Origin: Candidatus Magasanikiibacteriota bacterium
GTDB taxonomy: Bacteria > Patescibacteriota > Patescibacteriia > Magasanikbacterales > UBA922
Reading direction: 5' to 3'
Assembly (NCBI GenBank): GCA_018651085.1
Contig: JABIEQ010000011.1
Location: 3,563-67,562 of the forward strand
Length of the DNA stretch: 64,000 nt
Under the pieces are notes generated by a model. That model was not told where the DNA came from and did no database searches. It worked only from the letters and a program-made list of their open reading frames with translations. Shown in pieces: positions 17,461 to 27,839 of the stretch. The translations under genes were made by a program, and so were the position numbers. How positions within the stretch are numbered: the first letter of the stretch is position 1; each line of letters opens with the position of its first letter.

Positions 17461-17913
17461 TCAGCGGTTGTCCCTACCGAAGACCTGAGACATCATGCTC
17501 TCGACAGTGACCGTTCCTCGTCCGGGGTAAAAGGATCCCCGTAGGGTACCCATCCGAACGCTTTTTTGGGTTATAGTTTGGATCAGCTTCCGCAGATCCC
17601 CGGCCATTTCCTCACCCAAGATCCCTGCTTGATCTCTGTTCACTCCCCCGAGAACGATACTGATGGCCTTCTTGTTGAACCAAGCAGCTCCACCTGTAGG
17701 AGGCATCTTTCTGACTAGTTCATGAAGAATCCTCGTTCTCTGATCACTCGTGAAAAGTCCTCTTCTTGAGGGTGTAACCCCCACAAAAAGAAGGAGGAAG
17801 GGAGTTTGAATCTCCCTAGAGACATGGATCATTGCTTCAAGAGCTCGCAGGAACTGCTCTCGTGAGACAAACTCTGACCCAAACTGTAGACGCACTGATA
17901 TCTCCTTTTTCAT
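17461..17913 (-). CDS. Degenerate GGDEF-like protein (GC-rich unit 3)
   Basis: Motif order matches the GGDEF domain, but the signature position reads NKKAI; SD GGAGG; TTGACA upstream at 18016-18021. Confidence 0.6.
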   Translation of the reverse strand: MKKEISVRLQFGSEFVSREQFLRALEAMIHVSREIQTPFLLLFVGVTPSRRGLFTSDQRTRILHELVRKMPPTGGAAWFNKKAISIVLGGVNRDQAGILGEEMAGDLRKLIQTITQKSVRMGTLRGSFYPGRGTVTVESMMSQVFGRDNR

Positions 17914-18023
17914 ATAACCTCCACTCCCTTGGCTTTTAGTAACATAGCACCAGCCCCAACTGATGCTACCCTTATAACTTCCAAGATCTTAGATATAACA
18001 CTTCTTTTATAACATTGTCAATT

Positions 18024-18054
18024 AAAAAACCATCAGTTTTCCTGATGGTTTTTT
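18024..18054 (-). terminator. Terminator of dnaG-rpoD
   Basis: aaaaaaccatcag-ttttc-ctgatggtttttt. Confidence 0.8.
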
Positions 18055-18057
18055 CTT

Positions 18058-19518
18058 TTAATAGTCTCGTAATTTTTTGATAACCCCGAACGTCTTAATC
18101 TTTTCTAAGGCTTTTGCCTCAATTTGTCGGATACGTTCACGAGTAACATCGAACTCTCTTCCCACTTCTTCTAATGTGTGGGTTACCCCATCTGTAAGTC
18201 CAAATCGCATTTCTAGAATCTTTTGTTCACGAGGAGAAAGATCTTCAATGGCTTCTTTAATGTAATCTTTCAAAAGAGATACCCCAGCTGAATGAGATGG
18301 ACTGACGTTTTTAACATCTTTAATAAAGTCAGCAAGTTGGGTGTCATCACTATCGTCATCCCCTACTGAAGTTTCAAGTGACACCGTATCTTGAGAAATC
18401 TTAATAATGTGTTTTACCTTATGAAGCTCTTGCCCCATTTCTGCTGCGAGTTCTTCTGGTGTTGGGTCTCGTCCAAGATCTTGAAGCAATCGTCTTTGTG
18501 TTTGCTTGAACCGATTAATGGTTTCTACCATGTGCACCGGAATACGAATTGTTCTTGACTGATCAGCAAGAGAACGAGTAATGGCTTGTCTAATCCACCA
18601 TGTTGCGTATGTTGAAAACTTATACCCTTTTCTATAATCAAATTTCTTTACCGCACGAAACAATCCGATGTTTCCTTCTTGGATAAGATCAGCTAAAGAC
18701 ATTCTTTTTCCAACAAACTTCTTTGCAATTGATACGACAAGACGAAGGTTTGCTTCGATCATTTGTCTTTCTCCTGATTTATCTCCTTTTTCATTTCTTT
18801 TTGAAAGAGATACTTCTTGATCTGCTGTTAGAAGTGGAATCTTTCCGATTTCTCGAAGGTACATTTGAATTGAATCTTGAGAAATACTTGCAAGATCAAA
18901 AGATCCACGAACATCTGGTTGATGGCCTTGGAAAGATTCTAAAATATTTTGTTTTTCTTGACGATTTCCAAGAAGTCCTCCCATTGTCTCAACAACAGTA
19001 ATACTGTGCTTATCAAGTTCATCTAAAAACCCTTCATACTCAGGGATGAATCTTTCAAGACGAGGAAATAAGTGAAAGAGTTCTATTTCTGTAATGAATC
19101 CACGGTTTCTCCCCTTTTTAATCAACCCAAGCATTTTCTGATCTTCTGGCGGAGTGATTGGACCTAATTCGATTGGAGGTTTTAATTTTACTTTTGGATT
19201 CTTTCTTTCCTTCTTCTTCTTTTTCACTACGTTCTTAGGTGATTTTTTCACCGGCTTCTTTTTTGTCTTTTTCAATACTTTTTTCACCGGCTTCTTTTTT
19301 GCTACTGCTTTTTTTGATGCTTTTTTCACTGGCTTCTTTTTTGCCGGTGTTTTTTTTGATGTCATCTTTTTTACAGTCTTCTTTACTGCCTTTTTTACCC
19401 GTGCCACTGTTTTTTTCGTAACCTTCTTCTTTTTTGCCCCTGCAGTTTTTTCACGAGTAATAATACTCGCCTTCTTAGCAGTGCTTTTTTGGGTTGTCTT
19501 CTTTTTCTTTGCTGGCAT
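18058..19518 (-). CDS. rpoD: Primary sigma factor with Lys-rich N-terminal extension
   Basis: [42 protein letters not shown]. Confidence 0.96.
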   Translation of the reverse strand: MPAKKKKTTQKSTAKKASIITREKTAGAKKKKVTKKTVARVKKAVKKTVKKMTSKKTPAKKKPVKKASKKAVAKKKPVKKVLKKTKKKPVKKSPKNVVKKKKKERKNPKVKLKPPIELGPITPPEDQKMLGLIKKGRNRGFITEIELFHLFPRLERFIPEYEGFLDELDKHSITVVETMGGLLGNRQEKQNILESFQGHQPDVRGSFDLASISQDSIQMYLREIGKIPLLTADQEVSLSKRNEKGDKSGERQMIEANLRLVVSIAKKFVGKRMSLADLIQEGNIGLFRAVKKFDYRKGYKFSTYATWWIRQAITRSLADQSRTIRIPVHMVETINRFKQTQRRLLQDLGRDPTPEELAAEMGQELHKVKHIIKISQDTVSLETSVGDDDSDDTQLADFIKDVKNVSPSHSAGVSLLKDYIKEAIEDLSPREQKILEMRFGLTDGVTHTLEEVGREFDVTRERIRQIEAKALEKIKTFGVIKKLRDY

Positions 19519-19527
19519 GGTAGCAGC

Positions 19528-21312
19528 TTAAATTGATTGAAATAACTCAAGGAGTGCTCGTATTTTTTCCTTATCACCACTAGCTTCTGCTTTAGAAATG
19601 GCATGCTCTAGCTGCTTTCGCTGTTGCTTTTTCCATTCTTCGTATATCTCTTTTGCAGAGGATTCTACTCTTTCTTTTGCTTTGTCTTTTTCAATACTAG
19701 AAAATTCCCACTCACTTTGCATGAGAAGGTTATCTATCTGTTCCTTTAAATTGGCTGTTTGTAGTTCATCACCATTAGGTAATTTTCCTTTACTATACTG
19801 TATTTTGACGTTTTCGTAAAGTGCCCCATATACTGAAGTAGAGAGAGGTTTATCAAGTATAGCCAATTTTTCATCCTTTGCCATATCTGGAAATCTATAC
19901 AATAACCCTAAAACTTGCTCTATTAAGAGATCCAATCTGCTCTTCTTTTTCGTAATTTGCTCCTTTTCTTCCTTTATTTCTTCTTTTTCTCTTGTTTTAA
20001 TCTTTTTTTCTTGCCCTTGTATCCTTTGAAGGTCTTCTCTTAATATACTTTGATCTACCCCAATTCTCCCGGCTAGTTGTCTCATCCAATGATCTCTTTC
20101 TACAGCGAAAGGAATTCTACTTATTTCTGGTAAAAGAATGTCTACAATATTTTGTTTTTCTCTTGGGTTTTCTAAATCTTTCCCACTAAAATGAATCTCA
20201 AAGTACCAGCCCATGACTTCCTTGGCTTTTTCTACTGATTCAAACCACACTTCTTTATTCTTTTTAATACATTCGTCAGGATCTTTTCCTTTTCCTTCTG
20301 GAATTAAAATAACTCGAATATGCATTCCTTGCTGAAGTGCAAGATCTATCCCTCGTTTTGCAGCAACCTTTCCAGCGTCATCTCCATCAAATGCCATGTA
20401 AAAATTTTCTGAATATCGTTTTAATATTTTTATTTGTTCTTCGGTAAGGGCTGTTCCACTTGTTGCTACTACATTTTTCATTCCAGCTTGATGACAAGCA
20501 ATGACATCCATTTGTCCTTCAACCATGACAATGTAGCCTTTTTTTCTAATCTCTTGCTTGGCCTTATCTAATCCAAAGACTACCCGTGATTTGTCATACA
20601 CAATTGTTTGCGGAGTGTTTACGTATTTGCCGCCAGTATGTTCTCCTTCAACAAGTACTCTTCCAGTGAAGCCAACAACTGTTCCATGCACATCTTTTAT
20701 TGGGAACATAACTCTTCCTCGAAAACGATCATAAAATCCTTTTCCAGTTTCTGGATTAGCGTTATCTCTTTTTATGGTCATGCCTGATGCGACAAGATCA
20801 TCAATACCATACCCTTTTTTCAAAAGATATCTCGTTAAAAGATCCCATTGTTCTGGAATGAATCCAATCTGCCATTCTTCTATAGTGGCGTCTTCTACAC
20901 CGCGTTCTTTTACATATGCTCTGGCTTCTTTTGCTACATCCATTTGCATGAGCACATTGTGAAAGAAAAGTGCCGCAGCAGCATTGATGTCTTTTATTCT
21001 ATTTTTTTGATTTTTATTTACATCGTTAGCTTGTCTAGTCAATGTTACTCCAGCTTTATCTGCAAGAGTCTTTAAAGCATCCACAAATTCAACACCTTCA
21101 ATCTCTTGAAAAAAAGTAAAAATATCTCCACCTTTATTACAACCAAAACATTTAAAACTTTGGCGTTCTCTGTTTACCATAAAAGACGGGCTCTTCTCAT
21201 TATGAAATGGACAAAGCCCTTTATGATTACTTCCAGACGGCTTTAAACGGACGTATTCGCCAATGAAGTCAATGATATCTATATTTTCCTTAATCTTTTC
21301 CGTATCACTCAT
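19528..21312 (-). CDS. dnaG: DNA primase
   Basis: CPFHNEKSPSF...CFGC zinc finger, RFRGRVMFPI, EGQMDV, FDGDDAG, KDPD. Confidence 0.97.
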   Translation of the reverse strand: MSDTEKIKENIDIIDFIGEYVRLKPSGSNHKGLCPFHNEKSPSFMVNRERQSFKCFGCNKGGDIFTFFQEIEGVEFVDALKTLADKAGVTLTRQANDVNKNQKNRIKDINAAAALFFHNVLMQMDVAKEARAYVKERGVEDATIEEWQIGFIPEQWDLLTRYLLKKGYGIDDLVASGMTIKRDNANPETGKGFYDRFRGRVMFPIKDVHGTVVGFTGRVLVEGEHTGGKYVNTPQTIVYDKSRVVFGLDKAKQEIRKKGYIVMVEGQMDVIACHQAGMKNVVATSGTALTEEQIKILKRYSENFYMAFDGDDAGKVAAKRGIDLALQQGMHIRVILIPEGKGKDPDECIKKNKEVWFESVEKAKEVMGWYFEIHFSGKDLENPREKQNIVDILLPEISRIPFAVERDHWMRQLAGRIGVDQSILREDLQRIQGQEKKIKTREKEEIKEEKEQITKKKSRLDLLIEQVLGLLYRFPDMAKDEKLAILDKPLSTSVYGALYENVKIQYSKGKLPNGDELQTANLKEQIDNLLMQSEWEFSSIEKDKAKERVESSAKEIYEEWKKQQRKQLEHAISKAEASGDKEKIRALLELFQSI

Positions 21313-21433
21313 ATATGATTAATCTACCAGATTTACTTTTTTAAGTAAACGGAAGCGCTTCCTTTACCCTGTTTTCCACCTATTTGTTTAATCTATACAA
21401 ATCCACATCATTTTGTGATGTGGATTCTTTAAC

Positions 21434-23338
21434 TTATTCAAGGATTGCTCGTATTCTTCTAATGCCAGCACTACTTGCCTTTTCTTTTTTTATTTTAAAT
21501 GTTCCAAGGGTCCCCGTTTTTTCTACATGTGGACCACCACAAAGTTCTCTACTAAATGTTTTTGCCCCTAGATGTGCTTGAGGTGCTCCATTTGGATCTC
21601 CTACAGTATAGACTTTCACCTTATCTCCATACTTATCTCCAAATAATCCAATGGCTCCTTTTTCCTTTGCTTCTTCTACAGTCATTTCTTTAAATGACAC
21701 ACTATAGTCTTCTTTAATTGCGGCATTCACAAGATCTTCTACCTTTTTCTTTTCTTCGTCAGTAAGCTTCTCCCCATGAACAAAATCAAAACGTAATCTT
21801 TCTGGTGTAATGTTACTTCCTTTTTGCGTTGCTTGAGGACCGAGTACTTCTAAAAGTGCAGCATGAAGTAAATGCGTCGCGGTATGATATTTCACACTCA
21901 TGTCTGAATGATCAGACATGCCACCTTTAAATTTTTGTGCGGCACCTTCACGAGACATGTTTTGATGTTTTTGCATCTCTTTTTTAAATGCCTCTTCATC
22001 AATAGTGAATCCACCTTCTTCAGCAAGTTCTTTCGTGATTTCAAAAGGAAATCCAAAACTTTGATACAAATCAAAGGCATCTTTTGTTTCTACCTTCTCA
22101 CCTGTTTTTAATGATGCCGTTATTTCAGTAAACTTTTTCATTCCAGCACTTAACGTCTTTCTGAATTTTTCTTCTTCTTTTTCTACAGCATTAAGAATTC
22201 TTTCTTTTTCTTCTTGTAATGCTGGGTACGCCTGTTTATACGTATCTATAACTTGTTTTATAACATCAGTACATTTTCCTGATTCTATTCCTAACGTATC
22301 AATAAAACGAATTGCTCGACGGAGCATTCTTCTTGTGAAATAGCCTTGATCTTTATTTGATGGTTCAGCACCATCAAGAATCATAAACGTTACGCCGCGA
22401 AGATGATCCATTATTACTCGAAATGCGTATACTTCTTTTTCTCCTTCTCCATATACTTTTCCTGATAGTTGTTCAAGCGTTGTTCGTATTGGAGTAAATA
22501 ACTCTGTCATGAATATATCAGGATTATGTATTTTGGCTGCGGCAATTCTTTCTAACCCACCACCAAAGTCTACATTCTTTTGAGATAGTGGTACAAATCC
22601 ATTTTCTGTTTTTTGATATTCCATGAATACATTATTCCCAATTTCAAGGAATCGTCCACAGTCACAATTTACGTGACATGGTTCATCCTTCCACTCAGAC
22701 ACCTTGTGCAATTCTAATGCTCCTCCAAAATCCCAGAACATTTCCGTATCTGGCCCACCAGGTTCTCCAACAGGCATGTTGTTTGGTACGCCTGCTCTAC
22801 TCCACCAATTTTTACTTTCGTCATAATAAAAAATACGTGCATCTTGCATGCCATTTTTTTCTGGAAAGTCTGCAATATTGGCTTCTACCCCTTTTTCTTC
22901 AAATAATTTTTTCCAGAGTTCTGCTGATTCAACATCCTTTGCAATCTGTAATTCTTCATTTCCTCTAAAACACGTAATATATAAATTCTTTGGGTCAAGA
23001 CCAACAATATTTGTCAAAAAATCAAACATCCAAGGAATTTGTTCTTGCTTGAAGTAATCACCAAGTGACCAGTTTCCAAGCATCTCAAAAAAAGTGGTGT
23101 GACGATTGTCCCCGACTTCTTCGATGTCTTGGGTTCTGATACATTTTTGTGAATCTGTAATTCGTGTTCCTCCTGGATGAGATTCACCTAAAAGATATGG
23201 CACCATTGGTTGCATGCCTGATCCTGTAAAAAGAGTCGTTGGATCGTTTTCTGGGAGAATTGATGCTGAAGGAACAATCTTATGCCCCTTATCTTTAAAA
23301 TAATTGAGATACAATTCTCTTATATCATGTGCATTCAT
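21434..23338 (-). CDS. alaS: Alanine--tRNA ligase (short, no C-Ala domain)
   Basis: HTTFFEMLGNWS, GGGLER, HTATHLL, ELCGGPHV, AGIRRIRA at C-terminus. Confidence 0.95.
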   Translation of the reverse strand: MNAHDIRELYLNYFKDKGHKIVPSASILPENDPTTLFTGSGMQPMVPYLLGESHPGGTRITDSQKCIRTQDIEEVGDNRHTTFFEMLGNWSLGDYFKQEQIPWMFDFLTNIVGLDPKNLYITCFRGNEELQIAKDVESAELWKKLFEEKGVEANIADFPEKNGMQDARIFYYDESKNWWSRAGVPNNMPVGEPGGPDTEMFWDFGGALELHKVSEWKDEPCHVNCDCGRFLEIGNNVFMEYQKTENGFVPLSQKNVDFGGGLERIAAAKIHNPDIFMTELFTPIRTTLEQLSGKVYGEGEKEVYAFRVIMDHLRGVTFMILDGAEPSNKDQGYFTRRMLRRAIRFIDTLGIESGKCTDVIKQVIDTYKQAYPALQEEKERILNAVEKEEEKFRKTLSAGMKKFTEITASLKTGEKVETKDAFDLYQSFGFPFEITKELAEEGGFTIDEEAFKKEMQKHQNMSREGAAQKFKGGMSDHSDMSVKYHTATHLLHAALLEVLGPQATQKGSNITPERLRFDFVHGEKLTDEEKKKVEDLVNAAIKEDYSVSFKEMTVEEAKEKGAIGLFGDKYGDKVKVYTVGDPNGAPQAHLGAKTFSRELCGGPHVEKTGTLGTFKIKKEKASSAGIRRIRAILE

Positions 23339-23407
23339 ATAAATAGTCGTCTAGAAAATAATAATATAGCCTTACTGTAGCGATTTTTTCGCTATAAATC
23401 AAGTAGC

Positions 23408-24178
23408 TTAGATGGCGATTTCTAGAATGACTGGACAATGGTCTGATCCCATTTGATCATTATCATAGCTAATACTCTTCACTTTCTTTACATCTTCCTT
23501 ATCTACAAAAAAGTAATCAATGCGCCAACCAACATTTCTTGACCGCGCTTTTGAGATCATATGCCAATATGAATACATAACCTTATCTTTAAAGGTATGT
23601 CTAAAAATATCAATCCAATTATTCTTTATGCATTTCGTTATCCACGCCCGTTCTTTTGGATGAAAGCCGATCTTCCCATCATTATTTTTTGGTCGTGCAA
23701 TATCAATTTCTTCGTGCGCACAATTAATGTCTCCACACCATACAACCTTTCTTCCTTTTTTTCGTAGTGTGTTAATGTGCTTTAGAAACTTTTCATAAAA
23801 TACGAGTTTTCCTTCCCAAGCTTCGCTTGATTTTCCTCCATTTGGAAAATAATTACCAAAGAGCGTCCACTCACCGATGTCTACACTTATAATTCGTCCT
23901 TCGTTTTCTTTGAACCGTGGGATACCTCTATTAATAGTATAGTCGCCAAGACTTTTTTTAATCCAAATACTCGTACCAGAATATCCTTTCTTCTCTGCTG
24001 AATGGTAGTGTTGATCATACTCTTGGTATGCGTCAATGATTTTTTGTATCTGTTCTTCTTGAGATTTTGTTTCTTGGATAAACAAAATATCCGGGTTATG
24101 CTTTTTTATAAAAGCACCAAGATCTTCCTTTCTTTCTACCGCTCGAATACCGTTTACGTTCCATGAGATGATTTTCAT
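23408..24178 (-). CDS. xth: Exodeoxyribonuclease III / AP endonuclease
   Basis: SWNVNGIRA, QETK, GDIN, GWRIDY, SDHCP. Confidence 0.95.
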   Translation of the reverse strand: MKIISWNVNGIRAVERKEDLGAFIKKHNPDILFIQETKSQEEQIQKIIDAYQEYDQHYHSAEKKGYSGTSIWIKKSLGDYTINRGIPRFKENEGRIISVDIGEWTLFGNYFPNGGKSSEAWEGKLVFYEKFLKHINTLRKKGRKVVWCGDINCAHEEIDIARPKNNDGKIGFHPKERAWITKCIKNNWIDIFRHTFKDKVMYSYWHMISKARSRNVGWRIDYFFVDKEDVKKVKSISYDNDQMGSDHCPVILEIAI

Positions 24179-25710
24179 AATGTTTCTTCTTTTTCAAGGT
24201 CTTTATCTGTAACTACAATACGCTGTTGATTTTCTTCTTTTAAAAGTGCACTGGCTTTTATCTTTTCTATGGCCATATGAAACTCTACTGTTTTTTCTCT
24301 TTTTTCAATGTACTTTTTTCCTTCATCTAATATTCTTTGCAAACTCATTTTATCTTTTAAGGATAAGTCTTCTATTCTGCCTTCTTCAAACAATGAATCT
24401 AACTCGGGAATAACATCAACTGATAATCTACTTAAGTATCTAAGATCTAATTCTTTTCCCTCTTCTGTAAATCTATACACATTTTTTTCAGCTATTACTC
24501 TATCAACATTAATTGCTGAAACAATACTCAATGCAACAGCTCCGAGGATAAGGCTAGAATGGAAAAACTTTCTAAATGATAATTTCCCAATAAGGCTTGC
24601 CCCAGAAAAAACTAATAGTAAAAATACTAAATAGATGAACCATTCAACATATAATCGTAACACTGTGAACCCAAATGCATCTTGATATAGGTTCATCCGT
24701 TTAAGCGCTGAAGCAGCGACCACTCCTACCTGAATAATTAACAATGTTTGAAGCACATTGATAACTTTATGCGATCCGTGACGAACAAAAGCTCTGTATG
24801 AGATAAGAAGTAATATTGCAGCAAATATAATCACCCACACAAGTTCAAAAAATCCTTTTCTGGCATATTCTGCAAAGGTAAGGCCATTTTCTAATACAAA
24901 GTCAGAGGTGCCAAACAAATGACGAAACTGTACGGCCACAAATGCAAGAAATAATACATTTACCAGTCCTAACACAATCCCTGCAATGACACCATCTATC
25001 TTTCTTACTTTTTCATTCTTTTTTTCAAGGACATACTCTTTTGCAACGACAACATAAAATAGTCCACCAAGCCATAAGGTGATAATTCCTGTTCTAAATA
25101 CACGCCAAGCAAGTTCTAAGTCCACGTCAACAAATACAAGTTTTTGTACCCACTCAGCAAAAATCGGATCTGCTTTTGAAAATAACCATGTAAATAACCC
25201 TAAAATTGGAACAGCAATAACAAACCCGAGCAATATTTTTCGTAAAATATCTTTATTCATGTCTTGTTTCCAAATAAAAACATCTTTTATCATGAGCCAC
25301 CATTTACGAAACAACAAATCAATGTCGCTAAACAATGGTATTTTGCTTAAAGAAAATAAATATTTTTGTGGATTTTGTAATGGCAAAAAAGCTGTATATA
25401 AAACTGAAAGAATTAATATAAATACTGGTATTCCCCCACTTCTTAATTCATTGTTGAGTGTTACTACTGATACTCCCATGATACAAATAGGTATAAGCAA
25501 TGTTAATGCCCAAGGTTGACGAAACTTTTTCAATGCTAATGTAATGATTGTAAACCCTACGAGATATACTAATATAAAAAAGAGGAAGTTTATTCCTATT
25601 TCTTTTTCCCAAAAAAATATGTCATATACAATTCCTATTCCTAATCCGAATGTAATAAAAAGAAGTCTATGCCAACGTTCCTTTGGTTGAGTTCCTACAA
25701 GTTTATTCAT
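24175..25710 (-). CDS. DUF4153/DUF4173-type membrane protein
   Basis: ADPIF, YARKGFFEL, RMNLYQDAFGFTVLR, YLSRLSVD. Confidence 0.8.
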   Translation of the reverse strand: MNKLVGTQPKERWHRLLFITFGLGIGIVYDIFFWEKEIGINFLFFILVYLVGFTIITLALKKFRQPWALTLLIPICIMGVSVVTLNNELRSGGIPVFILILSVLYTAFLPLQNPQKYLFSLSKIPLFSDIDLLFRKWWLMIKDVFIWKQDMNKDILRKILLGFVIAVPILGLFTWLFSKADPIFAEWVQKLVFVDVDLELAWRVFRTGIITLWLGGLFYVVVAKEYVLEKKNEKVRKIDGVIAGIVLGLVNVLFLAFVAVQFRHLFGTSDFVLENGLTFAEYARKGFFELVWVIIFAAILLLISYRAFVRHGSHKVINVLQTLLIIQVGVVAASALKRMNLYQDAFGFTVLRLYVEWFIYLVFLLLVFSGASLIGKLSFRKFFHSSLILGAVALSIVSAINVDRVIAEKNVYRFTEEGKELDLRYLSRLSVDVIPELDSLFEEGRIEDLSLKDKMSLQRILDEGKKYIEKREKTVEFHMAIEKIKASALLKEENQQRIVVTDKDLEKEETL

Positions 25711-25780
25711 ATTGATGTAGTTAATGTTCTTTTTACTATACCAAAACACCACAATTAGTAAATAGTATATTTATAATAAA

Positions 25781-25813
25781 CAAAAGCAGCCTTTCATTAA
25801 AAGGCTGCTTTTG
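25781..25813 (-). terminator. Terminator of GC-rich unit 4
   Basis: caaaagcagccttt-catt-aaaaggctgcttttg, with another GC hairpin at 25817-25854. Confidence 0.75.
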
Positions 25814-25881
25814 CACGAACCCGACGATCTCCCCCTCGAGATGCCGTCGGGTTCAGGTTGAAAGAACGTGGTGGCTTGGCC

Positions 25882-26769
25882 TCAGCCCTCGGCGAGGAGC
25901 AGACACATCATGGCGCAGATGACGTGTTGGCCGAGAAGGCTTTCTTTGGCGAGCCACAGGATGTCGGCGCGGGTGCACCACCGGTCCCCTTCGATGAGCT
26001 CCATGTCCTCTCGTCGTCCCGGGATCATGAAGCAGTCATCTTGCTTCCCGAGAAAGCGAGCTCCATCCTGTTGAACCGAAAGAGGGTCGGTGACGCTCTT
26101 CTGGTTGAACAACTCCGAGTAGGGCGGCTTGTTGCCACCATGGAGCTGGATAAAATTCGCCAACGAAGCATGGAGAGGACTCGTGACCACAACGTGACCA
26201 TCAAGGTTGCTGTTCCCAGGTTCGACTTTGGTTCGAAGGAGAATCAAGTCCTCCTCTTCGTCACGGATGATGACGATAGCGCCAGGGTGATTCCCGACCC
26301 TACGCACCATGGGCTGAACCCAGTCATGGACCTCTCGCCCCGCTGCGTGAACACCAACTCCCACGACTTCGAAGAAGCTGAGGCTGCTCTGGCCCTCTTG
26401 AGGAGGCCTCTGAGCCATGACCATGGTGTCTGCAGCCAAGAAGACGAGTCGCTCTTTCCCGGTCTTGACGTCTTGCCCGGTACTGAAGCTCTTGAAACCC
26501 GTGAAGGGCACGACTTCACTCGGAGTGCTCTCGAAACCTTCGAGGGCCGATTCTGGCCGACTGAAGTTCCAAGGCCCCTCGAAGGTCACCCGCATGAGGC
26601 TCTGACCAATTACCCAGCCAGAGAGTTTTCCTCGTCTATCACTGGGCTTGTTTGCCCACTCGAAGATCTCGGACCACCCCAAAAGGAGTTCTCCGAAACC
26701 GACCGCATTTGCGGCCATCTTAGACCGCTCCTGGGCCGCCTTGACCCAGTCTTGGACACTTTCGTCCAT
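25882..26769 (-). CDS. NDP-hexose 2,3-dehydratase family protein (GC-rich unit 4)
   Basis: FFEVVGV...GREVHDWVQPM, KVEPGN, SPLHASLAN...HGGNKPPY, QDGARFLGK resemble the EvaA-type domain; SD GGAGGG. Confidence 0.72.
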   Translation of the reverse strand: MDESVQDWVKAAQERSKMAANAVGFGELLLGWSEIFEWANKPSDRRGKLSGWVIGQSLMRVTFEGPWNFSRPESALEGFESTPSEVVPFTGFKSFSTGQDVKTGKERLVFLAADTMVMAQRPPQEGQSSLSFFEVVGVGVHAAGREVHDWVQPMVRRVGNHPGAIVIIRDEEEDLILLRTKVEPGNSNLDGHVVVTSPLHASLANFIQLHGGNKPPYSELFNQKSVTDPLSVQQDGARFLGKQDDCFMIPGRREDMELIEGDRWCTRADILWLAKESLLGQHVICAMMCLLLAEG

Positions 26770-26945
26770 CTTCCCTCCTATCCAATTGGATAGCTTTTCG
26801 TCTTTCTACATCATCCCCCATGGATTCAGCAGTCTAACGACAATCTGTGACACCCCATATATTTCTATATAGTGAGATGTTTTTATCTATATATAATGTT
26901 TTATATACAAATAAAAAAGGAGGTATAGTGTACCTCCAATAGATG

Positions 26946-26974
26946 AATATATACTACTTTTCCTTTTTTGTCAA
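26946..26974 (-). promoter_or_regulatory. sigma70 promoter TTGACA-17-TATATT
   Basis: Direct match immediately after rmlD stop. Confidence 0.65.
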
Positions 26975-26978
26975 TGAT

Positions 26979-27833
26979 TTATGTGAGATATGCCTGAAGC
27001 GCCTCTTGCCAAGAACGAAGAAGCTTTAATTTTGTATTATTAAGAGTAGAGTGCATTGGTCTTTTTGCTGGACGCGGAAATGCATCCCCTGAGACAGGTG
27101 CGGTGTTAACGGTTTCACCTGAAATTAAAAATACTTCTTTTGCAAATTCATACCAGGTACAAGCACCATCATTTGTTATGTGATAAATTCCAGACGGTGT
27201 ATCTTCTTCAATAAGTTCTTTTACGGCATTTGCTAAATCAGGTGCATAGGTTGGAGACCCAGTTTCTTCGTGTACAAGATTAAGGCTATCTTTTCCACCT
27301 TCTCTAACCAACCAAAGCATGGTGTCTACAAAACTTTTTTTAGATCCTTCCCCTGTTCCTGGTTGTCCAAATAATTTAGATAGCCGAATAATATAATACT
27401 TCTCTGCATTCTTTTGTACATTCTGCTCTCCAAGGTATTTTGTTTGTCCATATTTATTTACGGGGTTTGGCGTATCATCTTCCTTGTACCCTCTAATATT
27501 ATTACCGTCAAATACATAATCCGTAGAAAAGTGTACAAATAAAACATCTAATTCTTTACAGACTTTAGCTAAATACCCGGGGGCAACTCCATTTATTTCT
27601 TGTGCCTTTTTATAGGTATCTTCATTTTCTTCTACAGCGTCAACGGCGTTAAAAGCTGCAGCATTTATTACAATGTCTGGGGCACATTCTTTTAGCATTT
27701 TCTCGCACATGTCTTTATCTGTAATATCAAGATCATCTTTGTCCCATGCATGTACAGTATACGTATCAGAAAAGACTCGAACGAGTTCTTGCCCGAGCAT
27801 ACCATTTTTTCCGATGATGCAGATATTTTTCAT
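26979..27833 (-). CDS. rmlD: dTDP-4-dehydrorhamnose reductase
   Basis: GKNGMLG, STDYVFDG, YGQTK, GSPTY, PAKRP. Confidence 0.93.
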   Translation of the reverse strand: MKNICIIGKNGMLGQELVRVFSDTYTVHAWDKDDLDITDKDMCEKMLKECAPDIVINAAAFNAVDAVEENEDTYKKAQEINGVAPGYLAKVCKELDVLFVHFSTDYVFDGNNIRGYKEDDTPNPVNKYGQTKYLGEQNVQKNAEKYYIIRLSKLFGQPGTGEGSKKSFVDTMLWLVREGGKDSLNLVHEETGSPTYAPDLANAVKELIEEDTPSGIYHITNDGACTWYEFAKEVFLISGETVNTAPVSGDAFPRPAKRPMHSTLNNTKLKLLRSWQEALQAYLT

Positions 27834-27839
27834 ATACTG

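Noticed and set aside
21340-21430. DnaA boxes or origin near dnaG-alaS
   Set aside because: Only partial matches, inside the alaS terminator hairpin; no cluster of TTATCCACA.
25858-26793. 311-aa plus-strand ORF, and similar long antisense ORFs at 52077-52694 and 59239-59718
   Set aside because: Expected antisense shadows of GC3-rich genes; the opposite strand has the SD and the family motifs or codon pattern.
26785-26835. Second hammerhead-like string (CUGCUGA-AUCC..GGAU / GACGAAA) in unit 4 leader
   Set aside because: Core is mutated, GAAA does not follow stem II, and stems I and III cannot be formed.
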